IMG/VR virus record: IMGVR_UViG_3300050821_001373
Coordinates: 1,472-65,471 of that record
Direction: 5' to 3' (one strand)
DNA: 64,000 nt
Source: a virus
Lineage: Duplodnaviria; Caudoviricetes
Within the stretch, counting starts at the first letter, position 1. Each line of letters starts with the position of its first letter. Below are positions 29,632 to 38,296 of the stretch, piece after piece. Position numbers and translations under genes: made by a program. The notes below the pieces were generated by a model that had not been told where the DNA came from, did not search any database, and was given only the letters and a program-made list of their open reading frames with translations.

Positions 29632-30233
29632 GTCTTGCTCCTTGGCTTGGTCAGGGCGAGGATGGCGTCGGCAACTTCCAGCGCGTTGACCTGAGGCATC
29701 GGACAGTTGAGTACGTATATATTTTTGAGGATTGTCAGCGCGATCTCCTCCCGCGTCGGCTCTGGCGCTGCCTGCGGGGCGGTGAAAAGGGCATCAACGA
29801 TCATAGAGTTAACAGCGATGGAAGTGCGGTAGTGATAGTCCGCTTCATGATTTTTCAATTCCAAATACGCTGCCTGCAAAGCCTTTCGCAACTCGCCCTC
29901 GCCAGATGGGCGCAGCGTCGGCTCTGGCGGGGCGGCGGCGTAGAGCGGAATCGTGGTGGCGTATCCGGCGCAGGCAACGATGCTCCCGTGGCCTTCTGCG
30001 TGAAGCTGCAACGCCTTCAGCGTGATAGGAGAAACGTATCCGATCGGCGCCACCGGCTCCGCGCTGGCGGTGGAACGTAGCGCGGCAGCAGCCGCGTCCC
30101 AACCGGCATAGAAATTGGTGATGCTGTCAATCGGCTTAGGCCCATTGCCATAGATGCGCAGAGAATGCTTGATGTAAGCGTTTTCGCGCAGCTTTAGCCT
30201 CTCGTTCTCTGTCATGACCTCACCTCCATGCAA
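29628..30233 (-). CDS. hypothetical accessory protein (EPVA...PLYAA motif)
   Basis: Motif typical of Ea22/nin-region-like mosaic genes. Confidence 0.55.
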   Translation of the reverse strand: MHGGEVMTENERLKLRENAYIKHSLRIYGNGPKPIDSITNFYAGWDAAAAALRSTASAEPVAPIGYVSPITLKALQLHAEGHGSIVACAGYATTIPLYAAAPPEPTLRPSGEGELRKALQAAYLELKNHEADYHYRTSIAVNSMIVDALFTAPQAAPEPTREEIALTILKNIYVLNCPMPQVNALEVADAILALTKPRSKT

Positions 30234-30360
30234 TATGTCCTGCCGTGCAGCGAGGTCGAAAAATAGGTTTCACGACCTTTCTGACAATCCGCCATGGAGT
30301 CGTACTCATGCACTGGGCTCCATGCCGAGGCACTGATCGAAATAATAAGGATGAACCTGA

Positions 30361-31017
30361 TCATGATCCTGATCCCGTTGATGGGTCCTTGGGGAGGGCG
30401 GCGGCTGCGCGGAAGAAGTCTTCTGACGACAGCACAAGTTCGCGCCGACTATCAGCGTGGACGTAGGCAATCACTGTGAGCCCGTCGTGCTCCGCTGCGG
30501 AAGGCATCCAACCCGTTTGCGCGAACGGCTCCAGCGCCTTCCGGGCCTCCGCCAACTGCGCTTGAGCAGTCAGTGCGAGTTCGAACATATCGCACTTCTC
30601 GCGATGCAGACGCACGTTGTCCGGCTCGCTATCTGGATCGGGATGCATCAGCATGTCACGCAGCTCTTCGTTTTCGGCCTGACATGTCGACAACTGCGTT
30701 TCCAGTTTCCCAACCTGCGCGCCAAGCGTAATGATGTCTTCTGCTCGAAGGCGGTTCCAACGATCCTTCTCCGCCAACTGCGCTTCCAGCGCTTCGATGC
30801 GGGCGTCAGGAGCGCGAGTGTTCCAGCCAGATATAGCTGCGCCGTGGTTGATGCAGGAAATTCTGGCATGCCACGTGGGGCACTCGATGATTAGATCTTG
30901 CATTCCGTCATCGTTCATTTTCCCAAGCTTCTTGTGTGGATTTCGGCCGCAGAACGGGCAGGGCAGCAGCCGCTCCTTCAGGTCGTCGCTCGGCAGCGTA
31001 TGCTTGGGAGCGGTCAT
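30361..31017 (-). CDS. Lar-family (restriction alleviation-like) Zn-finger protein with coiled coil
   Basis: LLPCPFCG...AISGWNTRA. Confidence 0.65.
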   Translation of the reverse strand: MTAPKHTLPSDDLKERLLPCPFCGRNPHKKLGKMNDDGMQDLIIECPTWHARISCINHGAAISGWNTRAPDARIEALEAQLAEKDRWNRLRAEDIITLGAQVGKLETQLSTCQAENEELRDMLMHPDPDSEPDNVRLHREKCDMFELALTAQAQLAEARKALEPFAQTGWMPSAAEHDGLTVIAYVHADSRRELVLSSEDFFRAAAALPKDPSTGSGS

Positions 31018-31226
31018 GATGCGTTCCTCTCGCGCCACCAGGGCCATAGATCATCCGGGTTTAGACCCTCTTTGATGGCCTGAGTCCGAAGGCTCTCCAT
31101 GCGAATAGGAAAGGGCACGCCGAGTGCTTCGGCAGCCGCGTCGCCAGCGTTGCTATGCCCGCCCTGACAATGCGCGGCGCACATAAATAGTGCCGTCCTC
31201 AGCTTGTTGCGTTCTTCGTCGCTCAT
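31014..31226 (-). CDS. hypothetical protein
   Basis: GAGG RBS before ATG 31226. Confidence 0.5.
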   Translation of the reverse strand: MSDEERNKLRTALFMCAAHCQGGHSNAGDAAAEALGVPFPIRMESLRTQAIKEGLNPDDLWPWWRERNAS

Positions 31227-31722
31227 CGTCCTACCTCTTTCCTTCGCTGTACGAGCGCTTGCCGCTTCAGACGGAACTACGAACCTTGATATCGCAGCGC
31301 TGGCATGTGTAGCCAGATCGTCGCCACCACCGCCAATCATGTTGGTGGAGCGGATCTGCGTCATCCATAAAGGCTGCGATCGAGGATAAACGCCGAAGGC
31401 GAGCAGATTGCAGAAATGCAGTCCCGCGCCCATCGACGACACACCAATAGGTATGGAATTTGCGTGACCAATTCGAATTCATGACTTTCCTCGTGCGTGG
31501 GAGCGCTTGCCGAGCGCGGTGGCGACGACGTAGCCGCGATCCAATGCAGACTTGCTTATCAAACCCTTTTCGCTCATTGCTGAGGCGACTGGACGGCTTG
31601 TGTGCCGCAGGTTGCGATATGGAATCTTGCCGCCAGCAGTCTGCGCCATGACATTCAGCAGCCTGTATTCCGCAGCAGTGAGCCTCACGTGGCGTCTCCC
31701 GGTTGGTCTGCTTCAATGATCG

Positions 31723-32319
31723 TCAGGCAGCAGCTTCGGCCGGCTGCCACATGGGCCAATGCAGATCCGAGAATTTTTCCCGCTGAGAGTTGTGGACGAG
31801 CGCGCCGTTCCTGGCGGTGTAGAAATTTTCCGGATCATCCCACAGACCGCAGTACGAACATGTCTGCCGCCTGCGCGGGAAGAGCTTGCACAGGAGATCG
31901 ATGCTGTGCTTCGCATCGCGCTCTACTTCAGCCCTGCCTTGCCAATAGCCGCTGTCACGATCCCAGGAATGGGCGTAGTCGCAGCCGACCTTGATATGCT
32001 CGTACTCTTTGCCGTCGCGGCCGAGGTAGGTATCCATCTCCCCGAAAGTCCATCCGCCATGCGGATCAAGATCGGGAAATTGTCCGTAGTCGAAATGCCG
32101 ATACCACGAGCTGTTGAATTTCTTGTCTTCACGCGCCAAGCGAAGAGCAACCCAGTCAGCAGGGTAAAACTGCTCTTGGTTCAGGTGTAGGTAATAGCAC
32201 CATGTTCCTTCCGGGCTGTAATCTGACATGCCATGCCAGCTCAGTTCGTACCGAACTGCTTCGTGCGTCCCTGTCCACTTCGCACAGGATGAAAGGAAGT
32301 CGTCGATCATTGGTTTCAT
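31723..32319 (-). CDS. hypothetical protein
   Basis: HGGWTF...VGCDYAH motif seen in phage proteins; AAGGA RBS. Confidence 0.6.
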   Translation of the reverse strand: MKPMIDDFLSSCAKWTGTHEAVRYELSWHGMSDYSPEGTWCYYLHLNQEQFYPADWVALRLAREDKKFNSSWYRHFDYGQFPDLDPHGGWTFGEMDTYLGRDGKEYEHIKVGCDYAHSWDRDSGYWQGRAEVERDAKHSIDLLCKLFPRRRQTCSYCGLWDDPENFYTARNGALVHNSQREKFSDLHWPMWQPAEAAA

Positions 32320-32359
32320 TGCTAGAGTCCTTTGTTGCGGTTGCCTCGCGAGAACGCCA

Positions 32360-32563
32360 TCAAGCCGGCGCGCGCATCGGCCGGAACCGCGTCAGCACAG
32401 CCGGCCGCTCCGGCGCCAGAGCAAATGCCTGCATGTCCTCGCGCACATCGATCGCCGAGGCCATTGGATCCGGATGGCCCAGCATCCGCGCCGCCGCCAG
32501 CTCCTTTATGAGCAGCCTGTCGCCCATCCAGCGCACGAAAAAATCGTATGTCATGGTCACCAT
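32360..32563 (-). CDS. hypothetical protein
   Basis: Overlaps upstream gene end; GAGGGG RBS. Confidence 0.45.
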   Translation of the reverse strand: MVTMTYDFFVRWMGDRLLIKELAAARMLGHPDPMASAIDVREDMQAFALAPERPAVLTRFRPMRAPA

Positions 32564-32751
32564 CCCCTCAGCCACATGAACTTCGGCGTCTCCGCCTGCG
32601 CCGCGATGATCGCCACGTTGCGCGCCGTCAGCAGATCGTTGTAAACCCGCCGAAGGCCGAACTTCAGCGCCTCCGCGTAGCTGATCCGCTTGGAGGCCAC
32701 GATTTCCCGGGCCTCCGCGTGCGCCGCCTTCATGATCTCGCTTTTGGTCAT
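32557..32751 (-). CDS. hypothetical protein (MTKSEIMKAAH family)
   Basis: GGAGG RBS directly downstream of a sigma70-like promoter. Confidence 0.65.
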   Translation of the reverse strand: MTKSEIMKAAHAEAREIVASKRISYAEALKFGLRRVYNDLLTARNVAIIAAQAETPKFMWLRGW

Positions 32752-32775
32752 GTGCACCTCCGTCTCTGCAAACAA

Positions 32776-32804
32776 ACCATATGGGCACGCGCGGAGAATG
32801 TCAA
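32776..32804 (-). promoter_or_regulatory. sigma70-like promoter
   Basis: TTGACA-17 nt-TATGGT on the minus strand. Confidence 0.65.
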
Positions 32805-32828
32805 CGATCCAATTTGACGATATTGGAT

Positions 32829-33050
32829 TTATTTTTTCCCCGCATCATCCCCCGTAACCAGCCCTACCGTCGTCGCGTCCAGCCAGTCCAGGCCGCCCAT
32901 TTCCTTGAGCCACATCACCGCGAGCTCTGGCGTGATCATGTCTGCCTTCAGTGCCACGCCGATCCGGTTCAATTCCGATTTCCACATCTCAGCTCGAAGG
33001 CTTGCCACCCGCAAGGCTCCGAGCATGAACTCCTTGCTCGCCTCGCTCAT
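32829..33050 (-). CDS. hypothetical protein
   Basis: ATGA overlap with helicase stop. Confidence 0.55.
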   Translation of the reverse strand: MSEASKEFMLGALRVASLRAEMWKSELNRIGVALKADMITPELAVMWLKEMGGLDWLDATTVGLVTGDDAGKK

Positions 33051-35197
33051 TCGGCGGCCTGCGATGCGCGGCCTTTCGCCCATGCAATATTGCGAGAACG
33101 GATAAAATTCAGCGTCCCCGGCGACATCACCGATGCCGGATCTATGCTGTCCATTGTCCGCTCCGGCCACGCGCCGAACTTGTCTTTGTACTTCATTGCC
33201 GCCCAGCCAGGCTTATAGCCCTTGTCCAAGGCGTACCCCTTCAGCTCGGCTAAAAATACCTTCTTCTCCTCGTAGCTCCAGTTTTTCTTGGTGCCGACCT
33301 TTTTCAATCCACCCGGGATCAACTCGTGCAATTCTCCATCCTGCTCGAACACTGTGCATTCCGGTCGCGCCGGATTTCCGCAATTCGGGCATTCCCTCGA
33401 TCGCGGCGGCATGAGATACGAGCATCCTTGGCACTCTTTCGGAAGAGGTTCTTTCTTCTCTTTGTCGATCGCCGCCTTTTCACGAGGCTTCCCATCGTCG
33501 AGCTCGTCATGGTCGATGTCCGTCACGAACCCCAATCGAGACGTGGTGTCGCTGTGGTCCAAGATCAGTGCCACCTTATCTGGATTTTCCGGATCGATCC
33601 GAAGAGCCCGGCCGATAATCTGCACGAACAACATCTCGCTCTTGGTCGGCCGCGCTAGGATCAGGCAATCGACCTTCCAATCGACCCCGGTCGTCAACGT
33701 CTGGATGTTGCAGACCACCTGGTATTCGCCGCTGTGGAACTTGCGCTTGATGTCCCTGCGCTCGTCGCTGGTGGTCTCAGCGTCTTGGTACCCTGCCGAG
33801 ATGCCAGCGGCCTCGAATCGCTCCTGCAAGTGTCGCGCATGGGCCTTATCGACCGCAAAGCACAGCGTCCGGCCCTTCCCCCATTTGGCTTGATAGGTCT
33901 TGACGATGTCTGCCGTGAGAGCGCCGTCCTGCATTGCGGTGGAAAGCTGGCCTTCGTGGTAATCTCCGGCAACCAGCTTCACTCCGCTCAGGTCCGGATG
34001 CCCTGTGGCAAAGACCCGGAAAGGGGCCAAAAACTTGCGATCGATCAGAGTCGCGGTATCCGTGACCTTGAGCAACGTGGTAAAATACTTGCCGATACCC
34101 TTCGCCCATGGTGTCGCCGAAAGACCGATAAACGGGACATGCTGCCAATCGGGATGCGTCAGCCATTTTTTGTGAGCCTCGAACAGCCGATGGGCTTCAT
34201 CGAAAATAACCGTATTCGCCTCCGGGAACGCGCCTCGCGATTGCAAGGTCTGCACAGATGCCACCTGAACGGGTTGGCTCCAATCGGTCATTGAGTGATT
34301 CGCTTGGATCACCCCAATTCCCCTAATTCCCTCCGAATAGAAGCTCTCAACGGTCTGATCGATAAGCGAGATAGCAGGAACCACGAAAGCCACCTTGTTG
34401 CCCTTGCCTAGGCTCCTATCCACGATTTCAGCAGCTAATCTGGTCTTTCCGCTTCCGGTGGGGCTTTGCACCATGATGCGCCTAGCGCCTTGTCGGATGG
34501 TTGCCCGGATATTGTCGATCGCTTCCTGCTGGTAATCGTGTAGTGGCCTCATGGCTGGTTCCTGGTTGCTCGGAGGGAAGTGGAACGCGACTGGTTCGGT
34601 GGTCGGACTGGCACCTTCCGCAAAGCCCCTTTCGTGGTCTTGGGCAGACCCGATTGTGGCATGCGGACAGTTATCCGCCACAGGTCCTTCAAGAGAAGGG
34701 GGTGGCGGCTGGTTGTCCGCCTCGGTTTTTCGGCGCTTGTACCATGTTGTTCTGGAGATGCCCTCAGCCTCCCAAGGGCGGGTTCTGGAGAGGGATTCCG
34801 TGATGGGCCGGACGCCAGCAGCGCGCCGGGCAGCGGTGTCCCTTTCCCTCTTCCTCCGGTTCCGCTCAGCCTTCATCCGGCGCCGGCACTCGCGCCAAGG
34901 GATATCAAACGGGCGGATTGAGGTGATGCCGAGGTTTACCCGTTCCTCAAACGTCAGCTCGACATCCTCGCCTATGGACGAACTGGAGCCGCGATCGATG
35001 GTGAATGGGAGACGGAGGTAAAGTTCAATGACCGAATCCCGGCCGCGGTGGGACAGGAGAAGCTTGAGGTCATTTACGATCCGGCGGTGCTGCATACCGA
35101 TGGCTCGCGGCAGATTGATTTTCTCAATCCTGCGCTTGTAGAGCCATGCGGCCTCGGAAACTTGATTTAGAATGAGCAAGTATAGGTCCCTTTTCAC
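33047..35197 (-). CDS. SF2 DExH helicase with N-terminal Rep-like/HTH region and C-terminal Zn finger
   Basis: SPTGSGKT, DEAH, LSATP, LTTGVD, QIIGRALR, CxxC..CxxC; N-terminal 215 aa contain PWEAEGISRTTWYKRR. Confidence 0.85.
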   Translation of the reverse strand: MKRDLYLLILNQVSEAAWLYKRRIEKINLPRAIGMQHRRIVNDLKLLLSHRGRDSVIELYLRLPFTIDRGSSSSIGEDVELTFEERVNLGITSIRPFDIPWRECRRRMKAERNRRKRERDTAARRAAGVRPITESLSRTRPWEAEGISRTTWYKRRKTEADNQPPPPSLEGPVADNCPHATIGSAQDHERGFAEGASPTTEPVAFHFPPSNQEPAMRPLHDYQQEAIDNIRATIRQGARRIMVQSPTGSGKTRLAAEIVDRSLGKGNKVAFVVPAISLIDQTVESFYSEGIRGIGVIQANHSMTDWSQPVQVASVQTLQSRGAFPEANTVIFDEAHRLFEAHKKWLTHPDWQHVPFIGLSATPWAKGIGKYFTTLLKVTDTATLIDRKFLAPFRVFATGHPDLSGVKLVAGDYHEGQLSTAMQDGALTADIVKTYQAKWGKGRTLCFAVDKAHARHLQERFEAAGISAGYQDAETTSDERRDIKRKFHSGEYQVVCNIQTLTTGVDWKVDCLILARPTKSEMLFVQIIGRALRIDPENPDKVALILDHSDTTSRLGFVTDIDHDELDDGKPREKAAIDKEKKEPLPKECQGCSYLMPPRSRECPNCGNPARPECTVFEQDGELHELIPGGLKKVGTKKNWSYEEKKVFLAELKGYALDKGYKPGWAAMKYKDKFGAWPERTMDSIDPASVMSPGTLNFIRSRNIAWAKGRASQAAE

Positions 35198-35238
35198 CGG
35201 AACCGATATCGCTTGCTGGGATTAACGAGGACATGGAG

Positions 35239-35267
35239 TTGACGAAAGCACGTAAATTGCCTATGTC
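35239..35267 (+). promoter_or_regulatory. sigma70-like promoter pointing antisense into the rep leader
   Basis: TTGACG-17 nt-TATGTC. Confidence 0.55.
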
Positions 35268-35273
35268 AATCCT

Positions 35274-35356
35274 TGTCCCGACCAGCCTGGCAGCGTCATC
35301 GGGGTAGCTTTAGTTCCGGACGGCCCCAGCTTAATGCTTGGGGCCGTTTCCGTTTC
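35274..35356 (+). ncRNA. candidate counter-transcribed antisense RNA (~80 nt)
   Basis: Bounded by the promoter above and the GC hairpin + T-rich tail; no ORF. Confidence 0.45.
35321..35356 (+). terminator. intrinsic terminator
   Basis: CGGCCCCA...TGGGGCCG stem followed by TTTCCGTTT. Confidence 0.55.
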
Positions 35357-35874
35357 TAGTCTTCTCGAATTTCGATTGCAATAGATTCCCGCAGCCGCTG
35401 AATTTCTGCGGAGAACTCGGGAGAGCTCGAAATCATAGCTTGAATTTTGCGAACAGCGTTGATCGCAGTGGTGTGGTCTCTGTCCCCGAACAAACGCCCG
35501 ATCTGCGGAAAGCTCAGCGCAGTCTCGGTTTTACCGAGATACATGGCGATATGGCGTGGCATGACGAGGCCGGATAGCCTGCGAGGCGAGTCCATGTCCT
35601 TGAGAGTGATTCGATATTCCTTCGCCACGACCTTCTTGATGTGATGCAGTCGAGGCTGTCCGTTTGAATGCGAGGTCGGAAGGGCGGGCCAGACGATCGA
35701 GGGATCGAACCGCGGCAACGGCATGGGAGCGGGCTCCTGCTCCACCGGAGAACCTTTCACGCCGGCCGGTTTGGCGGCTTCCTGGGGCTTCGGAACTGCT
35801 CGAGCTGCGATAGCTGCCCGGAATGACTTCTGCCGCTCCATGGCTGCTCTCTGGCTCGGGGTGGGTGGCATCAT
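35356..35874 (-). CDS. DnaA C-terminal HTH domain protein
   Basis: PRHIAMYL...SFPQIGRLFGDRDHTTAINAVRKI = Bac_DnaA_C signature; no AAA+ domain. Confidence 0.8.
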   Translation of the reverse strand: MMPPTPSQRAAMERQKSFRAAIAARAVPKPQEAAKPAGVKGSPVEQEPAPMPLPRFDPSIVWPALPTSHSNGQPRLHHIKKVVAKEYRITLKDMDSPRRLSGLVMPRHIAMYLGKTETALSFPQIGRLFGDRDHTTAINAVRKIQAMISSSPEFSAEIQRLRESIAIEIRED

Positions 35875-36425
35875 GTATTGATCTCCGGGGTTGAGGTTGG
35901 AGGGAATGTGGACCTGCCGTAAAATCTCGGGCCTTCGGTATAGCGGGGCTCGAAAAGATACCAGCAACAATTATCCTTGCCGACATGCAAGGATCCGGGG
36001 ATCCACTTGACGCGTCCTATAGCAACGATCTTGGAGCAGCGCTTGATTAGCTCGGCGGACTGTCGAGTATGGGGCCAGTCGGCATCGAACAGCAGCCAAG
36101 TCGGCAGCATGCTGGACAAGTGTTCAATCATGGGATGCAGGATCTTGCGATCCCATGGCGGGTTGGTGATGATGCAGTCGGCTGCTATAGATGGAATCAG
36201 TAGTGCATCGATCGGTACGATACCGTCCTGTTTTGGTTCGATGTCGGAAGCCCAGACGCAGGCATGACCGAGTGAATCCAGTATTCGAATGAGTGCTCCG
36301 TCCCCGGCACACGGCTCAGCAAACGCTGTTGCTGGCGAAAGATGCGGCAGGAGCGGAAAAACAGCCTCGCGTGGTGTAGGGTAGAAATCACGCTCGACCC
36401 GCTCAAAATTGCTGCGCTTGCCCAT
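35871..36425 (-). CDS. small DNA amino-methyltransferase
   Basis: DFYPTP, EPCAGDG, IITNPPW. Confidence 0.75.
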   Translation of the reverse strand: MGKRSNFERVERDFYPTPREAVFPLLPHLSPATAFAEPCAGDGALIRILDSLGHACVWASDIEPKQDGIVPIDALLIPSIAADCIITNPPWDRKILHPMIEHLSSMLPTWLLFDADWPHTRQSAELIKRCSKIVAIGRVKWIPGSLHVGKDNCCWYLFEPRYTEGPRFYGRSTFPPTSTPEINT

Positions 36426-36526
36426 CAGTACCGTCCCCCACGCCGCATGCGCTCCCACATCAGATATCTGTGCCACCCCCACCACCAATGATTTGCGGGA
36501 GACCAGTAGACGATCGGCAGGTTCAT
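36425..36526 (-). CDS. 33-aa Trp-rich peptide
   Basis: MNLPIVYWSPANHWWWGWHRYLMWERMRRGGRY; overlaps both neighbours (ATGA, TGATG). Confidence 0.45.
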   Translation of the reverse strand: MNLPIVYWSPANHWWWGWHRYLMWERMRRGGRY

Positions 36527-37014
36527 TGCAGGCTCTGAATCGTCATTCGAATGCCTTCGATCGGTGCCCATCGCAACGTGATTTCCCTCACGAACCTCTG
36601 ATCGTCACCCTCAATGATCCGGTGAGAGACCAGCAAGTCAACGGCCGCCTTCTCCCGGTTCGCCACGTCCATCCGCCGCGCTGTCTTCGGCTCCCCCACC
36701 TCGATCAGAAGGGAGACCTTTCCGGGCACTCCGCGAGGCCGCTGGATGGCTAGCAGCGTGCCGGCCTCCCGTATCCAATCCTGATATTCCGGCGTCTTGA
36801 TGCGGCCTTTGCCGGCCTTACCGTTGAAGAACAAATTGTTCACAGAAGGTGGCGTAGGTAAATTGATAACCGTTGCAGCCGGTGCCACAAATGGCGGATC
36901 GCTTACGTTTGCGGTATTCGGTGCTCCCTCGATGCCAAGGCGCCTGAGGTGCGCGGATATTAACCCGGCCCTACCCATATTTCCCTCGTAGATCGTGCAT
37001 GGTGATCCGTTCAA
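36523..37014 (-). CDS. rusA: RusA-family Holliday junction resolvase
   Basis: PTPPSVNN, MDVANREKAAVDLL, IEGDD. Confidence 0.8.
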   Translation of the reverse strand: MNGSPCTIYEGNMGRAGLISAHLRRLGIEGAPNTANVSDPPFVAPAATVINLPTPPSVNNLFFNGKAGKGRIKTPEYQDWIREAGTLLAIQRPRGVPGKVSLLIEVGEPKTARRMDVANREKAAVDLLVSHRIIEGDDQRFVREITLRWAPIEGIRMTIQSLQ

Positions 37015-37318
37015 TCAGGTCCTTCGAGCGGCCCTTGCATAGTGCCGTCCAGTCTTCGGTGGTCGCCTCAAACAGCATGGTTTCGGGCCTTACCTCAATC
37101 TTCTTGAGCCCGGTGAGCTTTGCTACCCGGTCAACGTAGGATGGCAGGATGCCTGCCCTTTTTCCCCAATTAGCGAGGGTTTGCCGTGTGACACCGATTT
37201 CCGATGCGAACCATTGCATGGCGCCGAAATCGGTACCATGCTTTTCTTTGTAGACGGATTTTGCCCGCAATATGACGCGGTCATAGGCCTGCAGGGCAGG
37301 TGTTTTTGCATTTGCCAT
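36971..37318 (-). CDS. Cro/CI-type HTH transcriptional regulator
   Basis: FASEIGVTRQTLANW HTH; first gene of the leftward arm; start at ATG 37318. Confidence 0.7.
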   Translation of the reverse strand: MANAKTPALQAYDRVILRAKSVYKEKHGTDFGAMQWFASEIGVTRQTLANWGKRAGILPSYVDRVAKLTGLKKIEVRPETMLFEATTEDWTALCKGRSKDLIERITMHDLRGKYG

Positions 37319-37361
37319 GGGCAATCGAGTAACAGAATATTTTGGCAATTGCAAATTATTA

Positions 37362-37390
37362 TTGACACCGGACCGTTCACGAGATAAATT
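37362..37390 (+). promoter_or_regulatory. sigma70-like early promoter in divergent control region
   Basis: TTGACA-17 nt-TAAATT; AT-rich; flanked by GGCAAT/ATTGCC half-sites. Confidence 0.7.
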
Positions 37391-37426
37391 GCCGATTGTT
37401 GGATTTGATATTTCAGGAGAACGACC

Positions 37427-37765
37427 ATGACCCAGACCACCAACCAGATGATCGCCACCTTCGACCGCGTCATCCGCAACGGCCAATCCTGCGCCGACCA
37501 GCACCTGCGCTACCCCGCCAGCATCGCCCGCAACAAGGCGCTGATCGACAGCGTCGCCGGCATCTCCCCTGCTGAGACCAAGGGCTTCGAAGAGATCGAG
37601 AGCTTCGCGCCGTATCACGAGATGCCGGCGTTCTGCGTCGGCTTCAGTGATCGCTATCGCGATCGCGAGCATTCCGGCGCCGACTACACATTCAGCGGCG
37701 TCGATATGCAAGCCTACGACCGCGGTCTGATGGCCGCCTCGCTCTGCCTGCGCCTCGGGCTCTGA
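37427..37765 (+). CDS. hypothetical early protein
   Basis: AGGAG RBS; QAYDRG motif. Confidence 0.7.
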   Translation: MTQTTNQMIATFDRVIRNGQSCADQHLRYPASIARNKALIDSVAGISPAETKGFEEIESFAPYHEMPAFCVGFSDRYRDREHSGADYTFSGVDMQAYDRGLMAASLCLRLGL

Positions 37766-37786
37766 TCCAACTACACACTCTATCAC

Positions 37787-38006
37787 GCCGGGCGGTCGAA
37801 AGACCTACCCGGCTCGGAGACGTAGAGGGGCGTCGCCTCTCTACTGAGGTCATCCCAACTAATGGAGGCTCACATGAAGCTCGCGACCGCTCTGTAATCA
37901 TACCACGTCGGCGATCAAATCAGCGGCGTTTGTGGGTATCGCCTGAAAAACCCTCGCCCGGCTCCGAATGGATACCGGGCTTGAGGACGTAGAGGGATAG
38001 ACCCTC
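37787..38006 (+). ncRNA. tandem structured RNA motif (2 covarying copies)
   Basis: Stem with C/TA internal loop and tetraloop, 6 nt, ACGTAGAGGG, second hairpin; copies at 37787 and 37956. Confidence 0.55.
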
Positions 38007-38019
38007 GGGAGGAATTGAG

Positions 38020-38229
38020 ATGACGTATTATTCATATGGTTTCGTACTATCGAAGATCGAGTATATGCGTCGAACTGGATTGATCACCAAGAAAGACGGC
38101 GGATACGGCCGCAATGGTGGGGCTTGCCCGGATTGGCTGGTGACTGAGCAAAAGGAGGAAGCCAAGCGCCAAGCTAATCGCGTGGTTCGTCGCATGGTAA
38201 CGTCCAACATCCCGCATATTGCGGGCTGA
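38020..38229 (+). CDS. hypothetical protein
   Basis: GGAGG RBS. Confidence 0.55.
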   Translation: MTYYSYGFVLSKIEYMRRTGLITKKDGGYGRNGGACPDWLVTEQKEEAKRQANRVVRRMVTSNIPHIAG

Positions 38230-38296
38230 GCCATGGCCGGGTGACAAAAGCCCGGCCACCTCACGGTGTAGAGAGACAACTAATCGGGGGAATGCA

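Noticed and set aside
37766-38019. Hammerhead ribozyme, tRNA or CRISPR reading of the repeats
   Set aside because: No CUGANGA/GAAA core in the right arrangement, no cloverleaf or T-loop, and repeats are structural rather than identical with spacers
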